A DNA stretch of 32,000 nt from an uncultured archaeon (GCA_964373795.1 CAYJVY010000001.1:1-32000), one strand, 5' to 3'. Positions 1 to 6,475 are shown, counted from the first letter of the stretch. A program made the numbers and translations. Notes: a model not told the origin generated them from the sequence alone.

Positions 1-198
1 TTTAGGGAAGTGAACAATTCTTTCCCCAATTTTGAAATACATTATCTTCCACAAAGCAAATCACCTAAATTTATAACTCTTTCAAAGTATTTAAATATTA
101 CTTTTCAGGGTTTTCAGCAATACATTATACGTCTGAAGTTCATGTTTTGGTTGAAATTCAACCCAAATATTTTTTGTAATCAATTATATGTGACTTAA

Positions 199-393
199 TT
201 ATCTTCTTCGCCTCCAGGCACCTAAACTACCATGTGGATAAATTCCTTTTTTTAATTGTTCTTCTCTTAGGCGGATATTATGCCTTTGCGCTTCCGCTGC
301 AAGCCTGTCAAATTCTGCTTTTTCTACTGATCCCCTGCCTTCTGAGACAGCTCTTTGTTTACCAGTTCTTGGATCAGTTTCTATATAAGCCAT
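199..393 (-). CDS. small hypothetical protein (64 aa, C-terminal RRRR)
   Basis: ORF-track frame 199-402. Start placed at the internal ATG (393) because AGGTGATC, complementary to the archaeal 16S 3' end, lies just upstream. GC is locally higher than in neighbours. No family recognised. Confidence 0.45.
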   Translation of the reverse strand: MAYIETDPRTGKQRAVSEGRGSVEKAEFDRLAAEAQRHNIRLREEQLKKGIYPHGSLGAWRRRR

Positions 394-618
394 TTTGATC
401 ACCTAAAAAATGAATGTTTTAGTTGAATAAATAGTTTTGCATTAACCAAAAGATGGTGTGTAAAAATTTTTGTTGTTGAATTTACCATACTTTTAGGAGC
501 TGGTAAAGAATAATTCAAGCAAAATTCCAAAACCAATTAATACATTATTATATTGCATGCCTCCTACAAAATAACCAAAAAAGGTCAAAAAAATTTAGCA
601 GTCACTTTTCAGCTTTTT

Positions 619-870
619 TTACTTGAAAAACCTAATTTTTAAATGAATAATTAAGTGAATTAAAGCAATTAAAAACCAAATCAAATTCAATACTAAAAAA
701 GTCCAACCTTGTAAAGTAAAAGCATAAAACGCTAAAATGCTTGCTCCAATTAAATTCAATAAATCATATTCAATTGAATTTCTTTTAATTTTTTTAAAAT
801 AATTCAATGCAAATGCAATCAAAATTAAAGACATTCCAATTGAAGCAAACAATTCCAAATAAAAACTCAT
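619..870 (-). CDS. small integral membrane protein (83 aa, about 3 TM helices)
   Basis: ORF with three hydrophobic stretches (LILIAFALNYF, ASILAFYAFTL, FLVLNLIWFLIALIHLII). No catalytic motif recognised. Confidence 0.5.
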   Translation of the reverse strand: MSFYLELFASIGMSLILIAFALNYFKKIKRNSIEYDLLNLIGASILAFYAFTLQGWTFLVLNLIWFLIALIHLIIHLKIRFFK

Positions 871-966
871 GAAAAACTTAAAGCCAAACTATTTAAAGAA
901 TTTTTGAATGAATAATAGTAAACTTAATAAAAAGAATTCACGAGAAATTACTTACTTCATCTATTT

Positions 967-1039
967 GGGCTCGTGGTTTAGTGGCTATAACATCGCCCTT
1001 ACAAGGCGAGGGTCGTCGGTTCGACTCCGACCGAGCCCA
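967..1039 (+). tRNA. tRNA-Val (anticodon UAC)
   Basis: Cloverleaf folded by hand. Acceptor GGGCTCG/CGAGCCC, anticodon stem TCGCC/GGCGA with loop CTTACAA, T arm GTCGG-TTCGACT-CCGAC, discriminator A. GC-rich island in AT-rich DNA. Confidence 0.9.
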
Positions 1040-1041
1040 TT

Positions 1042-1062
1042 AAGCTTTTTAAAAAAAAGCTT
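1042..1062 (+). terminator. palindrome AAGCTTTTT-AAA-AAAAAGCTT with T5 run immediately after tRNA-Val
   Basis: 9-bp inverted repeat read directly. The T5 tract at 1046-1050 fits archaeal oligo-T termination. Confidence 0.4.
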
Positions 1063-1112
1063 GCAAAAACAAACTTGCAAAAAAAAATGTGGCAAAAACA
1101 AACTTGCAAAAA
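1061..1112 (+). repeat. TTGCAAAAAC-type repeats (starts 1061, 1075, 1104; TGGCAAAAAC variant at 1090), including an exact 21-nt direct repeat
   Basis: GCAAAAACAAACTTGCAAAAA occurs at 1063-1083 and again at 1092-1112. The TTGCAA cores are palindromic and spaced 14-15 nt apart, just upstream of the ATG at 1129. Confidence 0.7.
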
Positions 1113-1128
1113 CAAAAAGGACTTTTAA

Positions 1129-1956
1129 ATGAAAAAAATCTTCTTAATTCTTGCAATAATTTTATTTTTTTTACTTGTTTCTGGATGCATTTCAAATCAA
1201 GTGTTATGTCAAAATGTAAACTGTAACGACAAAAACCCATGCACTCAAGACAGTTGTAGCCAAGGAGTATGTTCTAACAAGGTTTTAATTGATGGAACTA
1301 GTTGTGGAATTAAAGAGGTTTGTAAGTTAGGGCAATGTGTTTCAGATAAAAAGCAAGATTTAGATACTTTGAAAAATGTTGATGCAACAACTCAAGAAGT
1401 ATTGGATTATTTTTTTGAAATAGCTTTAGGATCTGAATTTGGAGATTCAAGTAAAACAATTGTTAAATGGGCTTCAGATGTAAAAATTAAAGTAAATGGC
1501 AATCCATCAAATGAAGATCTTACTTGTTTTAGGAGAGTTGTAGAAGAATTAAATGAATTAATTAATTCCATTGAATTACAAGAAGTTCAAAGTAATGAAA
1601 ATTTAAATATTTACTTTGTTCCAGAAAAAGATTTCAAAACCTATGAACCAAATTATACTCCACTAAATATGGGGTTTTTTTGGGGTTATTCAAATAATGC
1701 AAATGAATTCACTTCAATGAGAGTACTTATTTCAACTGAAGGAATAACTCAAAAAGAAAGATGTCACTTAATTAGAGAAGAATTAACTCAAAGCCTTGGA
1801 TTAATGAATGATTCATATAAATATCCTGAAAGCATTTTTTATCAAGGCTGGACTGATACTCAAAATTACACTGAATTGGATAAAAAAATAATTTCACAGT
1901 TATACAATCCAGCAATTAAACCTGGCTGCAATAAAGAAACTTGTTTTTCAAATTAA
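1129..1956 (+). CDS. secreted lipoprotein: N-terminal 8-Cys module plus DUF2927-like domain
   Basis: Lipobox-like signal MKKIFLILAIILFFLLVSGC. Cys module C27-V71. The C-terminal part (IYFVPEKDF ... HLIREELTQSLGLMNDS) matches my recollection of DUF2927. Confidence 0.7.
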   Translation: MKKIFLILAIILFFLLVSGCISNQVLCQNVNCNDKNPCTQDSCSQGVCSNKVLIDGTSCGIKEVCKLGQCVSDKKQDLDTLKNVDATTQEVLDYFFEIALGSEFGDSSKTIVKWASDVKIKVNGNPSNEDLTCFRRVVEELNELINSIELQEVQSNENLNIYFVPEKDFKTYEPNYTPLNMGFFWGYSNNANEFTSMRVLISTEGITQKERCHLIREELTQSLGLMNDSYKYPESIFYQGWTDTQNYTELDKKIISQLYNPAIKPGCNKETCFSN

Positions 1957-2016
1957 AATTTAAAACAGTTTCAAATTATGAAAATTTAAAAACATTCTTT
2001 CAAATAAATTACTTAC

Positions 2017-2081
2017 AATTAAGCCTCATCAGCTGTAGTCTGTGACAAGCGCGACACAGCCGTGTAGGATGAACCGCAAAT
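2017..2081 (+). other. GC-rich 5' leader of tRNA-Gly(GCC), candidate co-transcribed small RNA
   Basis: About 60-nt GC-rich stretch between an AAATTTAAAA TATA box (1982-1991) and the mature tRNA 5' end. Contains hairpin CTGTG-N10-CACAG. Confidence 0.25.
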
Positions 2082-2153
2082 GCGATCATGGTCCAGTGGT
2101 TAGGATTCGACCTTGCCAAGGTCGGGGCCCGGGTTCGATCCCCGGTGATCGCA
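2082..2153 (+). tRNA. tRNA-Gly (anticodon GCC)
   Basis: Hand fold. Acceptor GCGATCA/TGATCGC, D arm GTCC/GGAT, anticodon stem CGACC/GGTCG with loop TTGCCAA, T arm CCGGG-TTCGATC-CCCGG, discriminator A. Confidence 0.9.
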
Positions 2154-2155
2154 TT

Positions 2156-2944
2156 TCAATACTTTACTAGTTTTACTTCTTGTTCTAATCTGTCTAAATA
2201 TTTTGCGCATTGATTTCTGAATTCAAGAAATTTTGGATCTAAAGGCCCATTAAAAACGTGTAAAGGATTTTTAGTGTCAGCTATTCCACTTGGAGTAAAT
2301 CCAGTAAAAGTATAACTATTCCAAGGAGCTGAAGAAAAATTTTTTCTCATACGAGTTATTCCATTTCTTAAAACAGAGGTTAAAGCAATTCTTTGAGGAA
2401 TGTCGTTAATTCCTGCAAGATCGCTTGGAACCTCTATTGCTGAAATAGTGTGTAAAATTAAGCTCATTGGATTGTTTCGCAATTCTTCTCGGGTTTCTTC
2501 ATTTGCTTCTTGAATTAAAATTCTTACATCTGTTTTAATTTCTTTTAATTCTTTTGAATTTTTTCCTAAAAGTTTTTCCAAATCTTCAACATTAATTCCA
2601 ACTATTCTAATATTGTATTCAACTTCTTTTAAAGATTTAAAGCCAAAAAGATTTCTTCTTTTAAGTCTTTCAATAGATTTAGAAGTCTTTCTCAGCATTG
2701 CTTCAAGAATGTCTCTAAGATAAGAAGCCTTAAACCTTTTTGTCTTGAAATACTCTGGAGTATGCCTGTAAGCCTTGAATTCATCTACAACTGTTTTTCC
2801 AGTAAACATGCTTTGAATTCTTGCTTTTGTTGTAAACAATTCTCCTCCAATTTCTCTGTGATGAATTGCACTCAAACCAAGCAAAGCACTTAAAGCAGTT
2901 ACACCTAAACCTTTTAAGATTCTTTTTCCAGTTTTTAGCTTCAT
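2156..2944 (-). CDS. hypothetical protein with N-terminal signal/anchor (262 aa)
   Basis: Long ORF. N-terminus KRILKGLGVTALSALLGLSAI is hydrophobic. No family recognised. The stop lies 3 nt from the tRNA-Gly 3' end (convergent). Confidence 0.6.
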   Translation of the reverse strand: MKLKTGKRILKGLGVTALSALLGLSAIHHREIGGELFTTKARIQSMFTGKTVVDEFKAYRHTPEYFKTKRFKASYLRDILEAMLRKTSKSIERLKRRNLFGFKSLKEVEYNIRIVGINVEDLEKLLGKNSKELKEIKTDVRILIQEANEETREELRNNPMSLILHTISAIEVPSDLAGINDIPQRIALTSVLRNGITRMRKNFSSAPWNSYTFTGFTPSGIADTKNPLHVFNGPLDPKFLEFRNQCAKYLDRLEQEVKLVKY

Positions 2945-2971
2945 GTTTTTTTACCTTAAAAAATAAAGGCA

Positions 2972-3172
2972 TTATTGTAAGATTTTCTTTAAAGCATTTG
3001 AATCATATTTAGTTTTATATCCTTTAGTTGTTTTAGGCCTGTACTTTGAGGGAAACTCTAATTCTGCTTTCACATCAAAGGATATTTCTTCATTTTCATT
3101 TAAAATTAAATTAATGTCAATCATTGAATAAAAATAAGTATCAAGTAATATAAATTCATTTCTGGACTCCAA
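2972..3172 (-). CDS. possible small hypothetical protein (66 aa; TTG start, or 50 aa from internal ATG)
   Basis: Only ORF filling the 211-nt gap between tmk and the next gene. TTG start overlaps the tmk 3' end by 17 nt. No SD or family support. Confidence 0.25.
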   Translation of the reverse strand: MESRNEFILLDTYFYSMIDINLILNENEEISFDVKAELEFPSKYRPKTTKGYKTKYDSNALKKILQ

Positions 3173-3833
3173 AAAATGCTTTCAGTGAATTCCAAATTTC
3201 TTCATGAATTTCTTCTCTTGAACGCACAAACCATTTCCCATTTTCTAGTTTCGCGCATTTAACTGAAATCCAATCCTTTTCATTTAAAACAATTCTTTTA
3301 TAAATTTCTCTCACTCGCTCTAAATACTGCATATCTGCTTCATGTTGATCTTTTTTTCCTCTGCCTTCATTTTCCATTAATTTTTGAGTAACATCAATAG
3401 GCAGATCTAAAAAAATTTTTTTACTAGGCCTTGGAACCTTTGATTCAACTACTTTCAACCAAGTAATGAATTCATCTTGCTCGTTTCTTTTAACAAATTT
3501 TGCTCCTTGATGAGCTAAATTAGAATAATAATATCTATCCATTACCAAAATTTTTCCTTCCTTCAATTTTTTACTCACTTCTTTTTTAATTTGATACCTG
3601 TCTAATGCATAAAGCAAGGAAACAAATTCAGCTGGCAAATCTTCTTTTAATCCAAATTCTCCATCCAAGTATCTTTTAATTAGCGAACCAAAAAATTCAT
3701 TGTATCTAGGAAAAGAAATTAATTCAACTTTTAAACCTGCTTCTTTTAATTTCTCCATTAAAAGCTTTGACTGAGTTTTTTTCCCAGTTCCATCAGTTCC
3801 TTCAATTTCAATAATTTTCCCCTTCTCATTCAT
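3156..3833 (-). CDS. tmk: thymidylate kinase (dTMP kinase)
   Basis: P-loop IEIEGTDGTGKKTQ, DRY motif (VMDRYYYSNLAHQ) and lid-region basic residues. Length 225 aa is typical. Confidence 0.9.
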   Translation of the reverse strand: MNEKGKIIEIEGTDGTGKKTQSKLLMEKLKEAGLKVELISFPRYNEFFGSLIKRYLDGEFGLKEDLPAEFVSLLYALDRYQIKKEVSKKLKEGKILVMDRYYYSNLAHQGAKFVKRNEQDEFITWLKVVESKVPRPSKKIFLDLPIDVTQKLMENEGRGKKDQHEADMQYLERVREIYKRIVLNEKDWISVKCAKLENGKWFVRSREEIHEEIWNSLKAFFGVQK

Positions 3834-3860
3834 TAAACCACATTAAAAATAACTTGGGAA

Positions 3861-3872
3861 AAATTTAAATAC
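3861..3872 (+). promoter_or_regulatory. TATA box AAATTTAAATAC about 27 nt upstream of ATG 3894 (leaderless-type promoter)
   Basis: Sequence read directly. Same box and spacing recur before other first genes. Lies in the 57-bp divergent spacer shared with tmk. Confidence 0.45.
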
Positions 3873-3893
3873 AATATTAGTTATATTTAATTG

Positions 3894-4811
3894 ATGAAAA
3901 TTGCATTTATTTTATTTAGCATACTAGTTCTCCTTAGCGGGTGTGTTGACAGTAATAAAACCTATTACAATATCAATACTACGCATGAATGGAAGAAAAT
4001 TAACGACCAAACACTCTCTTCATATAATCCTCCAGTTATATATGATGGAGAAATTTATACTTATCAATATCCTGAAAAAGGACTTCTCAAAATGACAGAT
4101 ACTGGATGGGTAGATGTATCCCTTGAAGACAACTATAAACAAAACCCGGAAGGATTACTAGTATTTAAAAATAATTTATATTTAATACAAGACATAATGT
4201 CCGGCGCTTCTTTATTTGTATTAAAAGGAACTAATTGGATTGCTGTAACATCAGATTCAGACCCATTAATTATGGCTCTAAAAAGCAAGCCAGAAAAATC
4301 AATAAGTATTGGAGACCTTGTTGTGGTAAATGACGAGTTATATGCTGTAAAAAGCGCACTTTATAAGTTGGCAGAAAATGGTTGGACTAAAATAAGTGAT
4401 AGCACTGATTTTAAACCAAAATTAAAATATAAAGAAAAATTATATGCATACAAGAATCCAGAATGGAAAACAGACTTAAATACAAATGACGAAATAAGAT
4501 CAGAAGATACTGGTATTTACATACTTGAAAATGGGAAATGGATAAAAGTAAAAACAACAGTAAAAAATTACACCATTGGAAAATTATCAAACAAATTTGA
4601 TTCTGCCTTAATAGAACCAAGTTTAGTAAAAGATAATGTGTTATATGGATATGGTAATGGATATACATTTAAACTAATGGAAAACAATGAATGGATTCCA
4701 ATAGCTGGAGCAGAATCTTCTGACAGTTATTCGGCAGCACCATTCTTAGTCAATGAAGAGATATTTGGATTTGGTTATTTCGGATTTTTTAAACTAGAAG
4801 AAAAAAACTAA
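3894..4811 (+). CDS. lipoprotein with six Kelch-like beta-propeller repeats
   Basis: Signal plus lipobox MKIAFILFSILVLLSGC. Six repeats of the form x-[LI]-Y-x(10-20)-G/N-W-x-x-[IV] (EIYTY..TGWVDV, NLYLI..TNWIAV, ELYAV..NGWTKI, KLYAY..GKWIKV, VLYGY..NEWIPI, EIFGF). ATG at 3894 preferred over the track's TTG at 3891. Confidence 0.65.
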   Translation: MKIAFILFSILVLLSGCVDSNKTYYNINTTHEWKKINDQTLSSYNPPVIYDGEIYTYQYPEKGLLKMTDTGWVDVSLEDNYKQNPEGLLVFKNNLYLIQDIMSGASLFVLKGTNWIAVTSDSDPLIMALKSKPEKSISIGDLVVVNDELYAVKSALYKLAENGWTKISDSTDFKPKLKYKEKLYAYKNPEWKTDLNTNDEIRSEDTGIYILENGKWIKVKTTVKNYTIGKLSNKFDSALIEPSLVKDNVLYGYGNGYTFKLMENNEWIPIAGAESSDSYSAAPFLVNEEIFGFGYFGFFKLEEKN

Positions 4812-4824
4812 TTCAAAAAAACAT

Positions 4825-4837
4825 CAAATTTAAAACG
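4825..4837 (+). promoter_or_regulatory. TATA box CAAATTTAAAACG upstream of the tRNA-Gly(UCC) transcription unit
   Basis: Near-identical to the box upstream of tRNA-Gly(GCC) at 1981-1993. The GC-rich leader starts about 25-30 nt downstream. Confidence 0.4.
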
Positions 4838-4857
4838 ATTACATTCAGCAATTAATT

Positions 4858-4974
4858 ATATGCCGAGCACACAGCAAGCATGAACAACAAACACTTGGAC
4901 GCCATTCAGATGGAGAGACTGATTTGCCTTAAACGCACAAGACAATTCCTGTTTGCGGAGCATGACCTTGAAAT
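4858..4974 (+). other. GC-rich about 115-nt 5' leader of tRNA-Gly(UCC), candidate co-transcribed small RNA
   Basis: Clearly GC-richer than surrounding DNA, bounded by the TATA box and the mature tRNA 5' end. All ORFs across it in the track also run through the tRNA and look spurious. Confidence 0.25.
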
Positions 4975-5088
4975 GCAGCTGTAGTATAGTGGTTAGTATT
5001 GGAGCCTTCCAAAACCTTTTTCCAAAAGGTTTGCGAAAAACGCTGTTGAAGCGAGCTCTGGACCCGGGTTCGAATCCCGGCGGCTGCA
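4975..5088 (+). tRNA. tRNA-Gly (anticodon UCC) with 42-nt intron (5012-5053) at canonical position 37/38
   Basis: Hand fold. Acceptor GCAGCTG/CGGCTGC (one G-U), D arm GTAT/GTAT, anticodon stem GGAGC/GCTCT, loop CTTCCA|A, T arm CCGGG-TTCGAAT-CCCGG. Bulge-helix-bulge: CTTC (5006-5009) pairs with GAAG (5048-5051), flanked by 3-nt bulges CA|a and cg|A, with an AAC/GTT helix beyond. Confidence 0.85.
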
Positions 5089-5095
5089 TTCTGCC

Positions 5096-5124
5096 CTTTC
5101 TTTCTTTCAAAAAAAGAAAGAAAG
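5096..5124 (+). terminator. 12-bp hairpin CTTTCTTTCTTT-loop-AAAGAAAGAAAG after tRNA-Gly(UCC)
   Basis: Perfect inverted repeat read directly, 8 nt after the tRNA 3' end. A further GAAAGAAAGAAAA copy lies at about 5137. Confidence 0.4.
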
Positions 5125-5251
5125 CGCAAGTTGCGGAAAGAAAGAAAAACTAAAAAAAATTGAAGCTGTTTCTTTAAAGCGATAAAATTAAATCTTTTAA
5201 AAACTAATTTTATATTGCTTAAATAATAAGTTTTAAAATTGAGTGAATTAA

Positions 5252-5980
5252 ATGAGGAAACCCAATCTATTCAGAGAAAATCGTTTTTTGTCAATTCCAT
5301 TAAATCAAGATGCACAACGCGAATTAAATGAGTCCTGGAAAGCGTTTGAAAGACGAATAGCTAAAAACGCTCCTGGATTTCAAAAAAAGGAAATTTTTGT
5401 TGTAGATGAAAAAGGAGTTACAACAAGAGTTAAAGTTGCTCCAAGAGAATTAAGACAAGGAAAGTTTAGAAAGTCTTATCCAACAGAATTTACTTCGCAG
5501 GCATTGGAAAGACTTGAAAGAATAAGGCAAAGAAAATCTAGAAAAATTGAAACTCAAGTAAGAAAATTAAGAAAAAAACTTGAAGCTGAAAATCCTAGAT
5601 TTAAAAGATTAATGAATGCAGTTTCAGCATTGCAAGAAGAAATTAATAATAAATCTACACAAAAACATATTAGAGTAGATGTTGAAAAAACTTTAAAAGG
5701 ATTAAAGATTTCAATAACTCTTTTCACAACAGACATTAGATTAATTTTAAGAGATCTTGAACAACAAATTGATGTTTGTAAAAAAATAATTGAATTATCT
5801 GTTCTTGAAAGAAGTGCTACTTATTTGATTAAAAGGCTGGCTAAAGAAGAAGGTTTTCCAAAAACAGTTATTGACAGAATTGAAGGAACACTTAATTTTT
5901 TAAGTAGAAAAAAATCTGAATTAGATGTACAAATCCATCAATTTGAGGTAGTGAAAAGAAGATTAGAACAATCGATATAA
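5252..5980 (+). CDS. basic coiled-coil hypothetical protein (242 aa)
   Basis: ORF preceded by SD-like GAGTGA 7 nt upstream. K/R/E-rich heptad-like sequence. No family recognised. Followed after 18 nt by the RNase P subunit gene. Confidence 0.6.
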   Translation: MRKPNLFRENRFLSIPLNQDAQRELNESWKAFERRIAKNAPGFQKKEIFVVDEKGVTTRVKVAPRELRQGKFRKSYPTEFTSQALERLERIRQRKSRKIETQVRKLRKKLEAENPRFKRLMNAVSALQEEINNKSTQKHIRVDVEKTLKGLKISITLFTTDIRLILRDLEQQIDVCKKIIELSVLERSATYLIKRLAKEEGFPKTVIDRIEGTLNFLSRKKSELDVQIHQFEVVKRRLEQSI

Positions 5981-5998
5981 GAAGAGGGAAAAAATTTA

Positions 5999-6313
5999 AT
6001 GGATAAAAAAAATTTAATTCAAGTAATTGCAGTTGAAAGAATGCATAGATTAATTGAATTAGCTGAACAAGAGTTTCAAAGCCATCCTGAAAGAAGTAAA
6101 AGATTTATTGAATTAATTAAAAAAATTTCTTCAAGAAATAAAGCAAGAATTCCTTTAGAGTTAAGGCAAAGGTTTTGCAAGAAATGCAATACTTTTTGGA
6201 TTGAAGGAAAAAATGTTCAAAAAAGAATTAAAGGAAAAAGTGTAAGCACTAAATGTCTTAAATGTGGACAAGTTAAAAGAATTAATTTAACGCCGAGCAG
6301 CCGGCGAGGCTGA
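5999..6313 (+). CDS. rnp4: RNase P protein component 4 (Rpp21/Rpr2 family)
   Basis: N-terminal helical region (IAVERMHRLIELAE..PERSKRFIELIKKIS) followed by a zinc ribbon CKKC-x(26)-CLKC, as in archaeal Rpp21. Confidence 0.8.
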   Translation: MDKKNLIQVIAVERMHRLIELAEQEFQSHPERSKRFIELIKKISSRNKARIPLELRQRFCKKCNTFWIEGKNVQKRIKGKSVSTKCLKCGQVKRINLTPSSRRG

Positions 6314-6377
6314 GTCAAAAGCCGGCGAGGCTGAGTCAAAAGCCGGCGAGGCTGAAGCGATCAGCCGGCGAGGCTGA
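6300..6377 (+). repeat. four direct copies of GC-rich 14-mer GCCGGCGAGGCTGA (period 21, 21, 22 nt)
   Basis: Copies at 6300-6313, 6321-6334, 6342-6355 and 6364-6377, read directly. Copy 1 encodes the last residues and the stop of Rpp21. Confidence 0.9.
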
Positions 6378-6475
6378 AACAAAAATCAGAATTTTTACAC
6401 TGCTTTTTAAACAATGAATTAGTTGATTAACGTAAAATGGAGAACTATTTTAAACTTGTTTTTTCCAATTTTTGT

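Noticed and set aside
10-198. 62-aa ORF at the left edge (+)
   Set aside because: Low-complexity AT-driven ORF with no promoter or SD and no recognisable features. A minus-strand AGGTGAT (60-66) leads only to a 16-codon ORF.
493-558. 21-codon micro-ORF (MQYNNVLIGFGILLELFFTSS) on the minus strand preceded by GGAGG
   Set aside because: The GGAGG is only 1 nt from the ATG, too close for an SD. The ORF is too short to support without conservation data.
908-1240. Track ORFs 908-1132(+) and 1049-1240(-)
   Set aside because: The first reads through tRNA-Val and the A-rich repeat region. The second is antisense to the lipoprotein signal peptide. Both are low complexity with no start signals.
2021-2081. 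C/D-box sRNA in the tRNA-Gly leaders (UGAUGA on the minus strand at about 2027-2032, AGGAUGA at about 2065-2071; AUGAACA and CUGA in 4880-4921)
   Set aside because: No arrangement gives C, 12-nt guide, D'/C', 12-nt guide, D with correct spacing or terminal pairing. These are retained only as generic candidate RNAs.
4856-5153. Track ORFs 4856-5110(-), 4929-5129(-) and 4953-5153(+)
   Set aside because: All run through the tRNA-Gly(UCC) gene and its hairpin. Their openness is explained by the GC-rich RNA gene, and none has a start context.
1957-5251. Integrated mobile element or genomic island at the tRNA genes
   Set aside because: No integrase, transposase or duplicated tRNA 3' fragment (att-like direct repeat) was found next to any of the three tRNAs. 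The genes between them (tmk and surface proteins) have native-like composition.
6311-6355. Three in-frame TGA codons considered as evidence for TGA recoding
   Set aside because: TGA terminates ftsY (11267-11269), the FG-GAP gene (13290-13292) and thyX (25074-25076) at sensible C-termini. TGA is therefore a normal stop codon here.
6300-6377. GC-rich direct repeats considered as a mini CRISPR array
   Set aside because: The repeat core is only 14 nt and the spacers only 7-8 nt, two of them identical. No cas genes or leader are present. It is a tandem duplication, not CRISPR.
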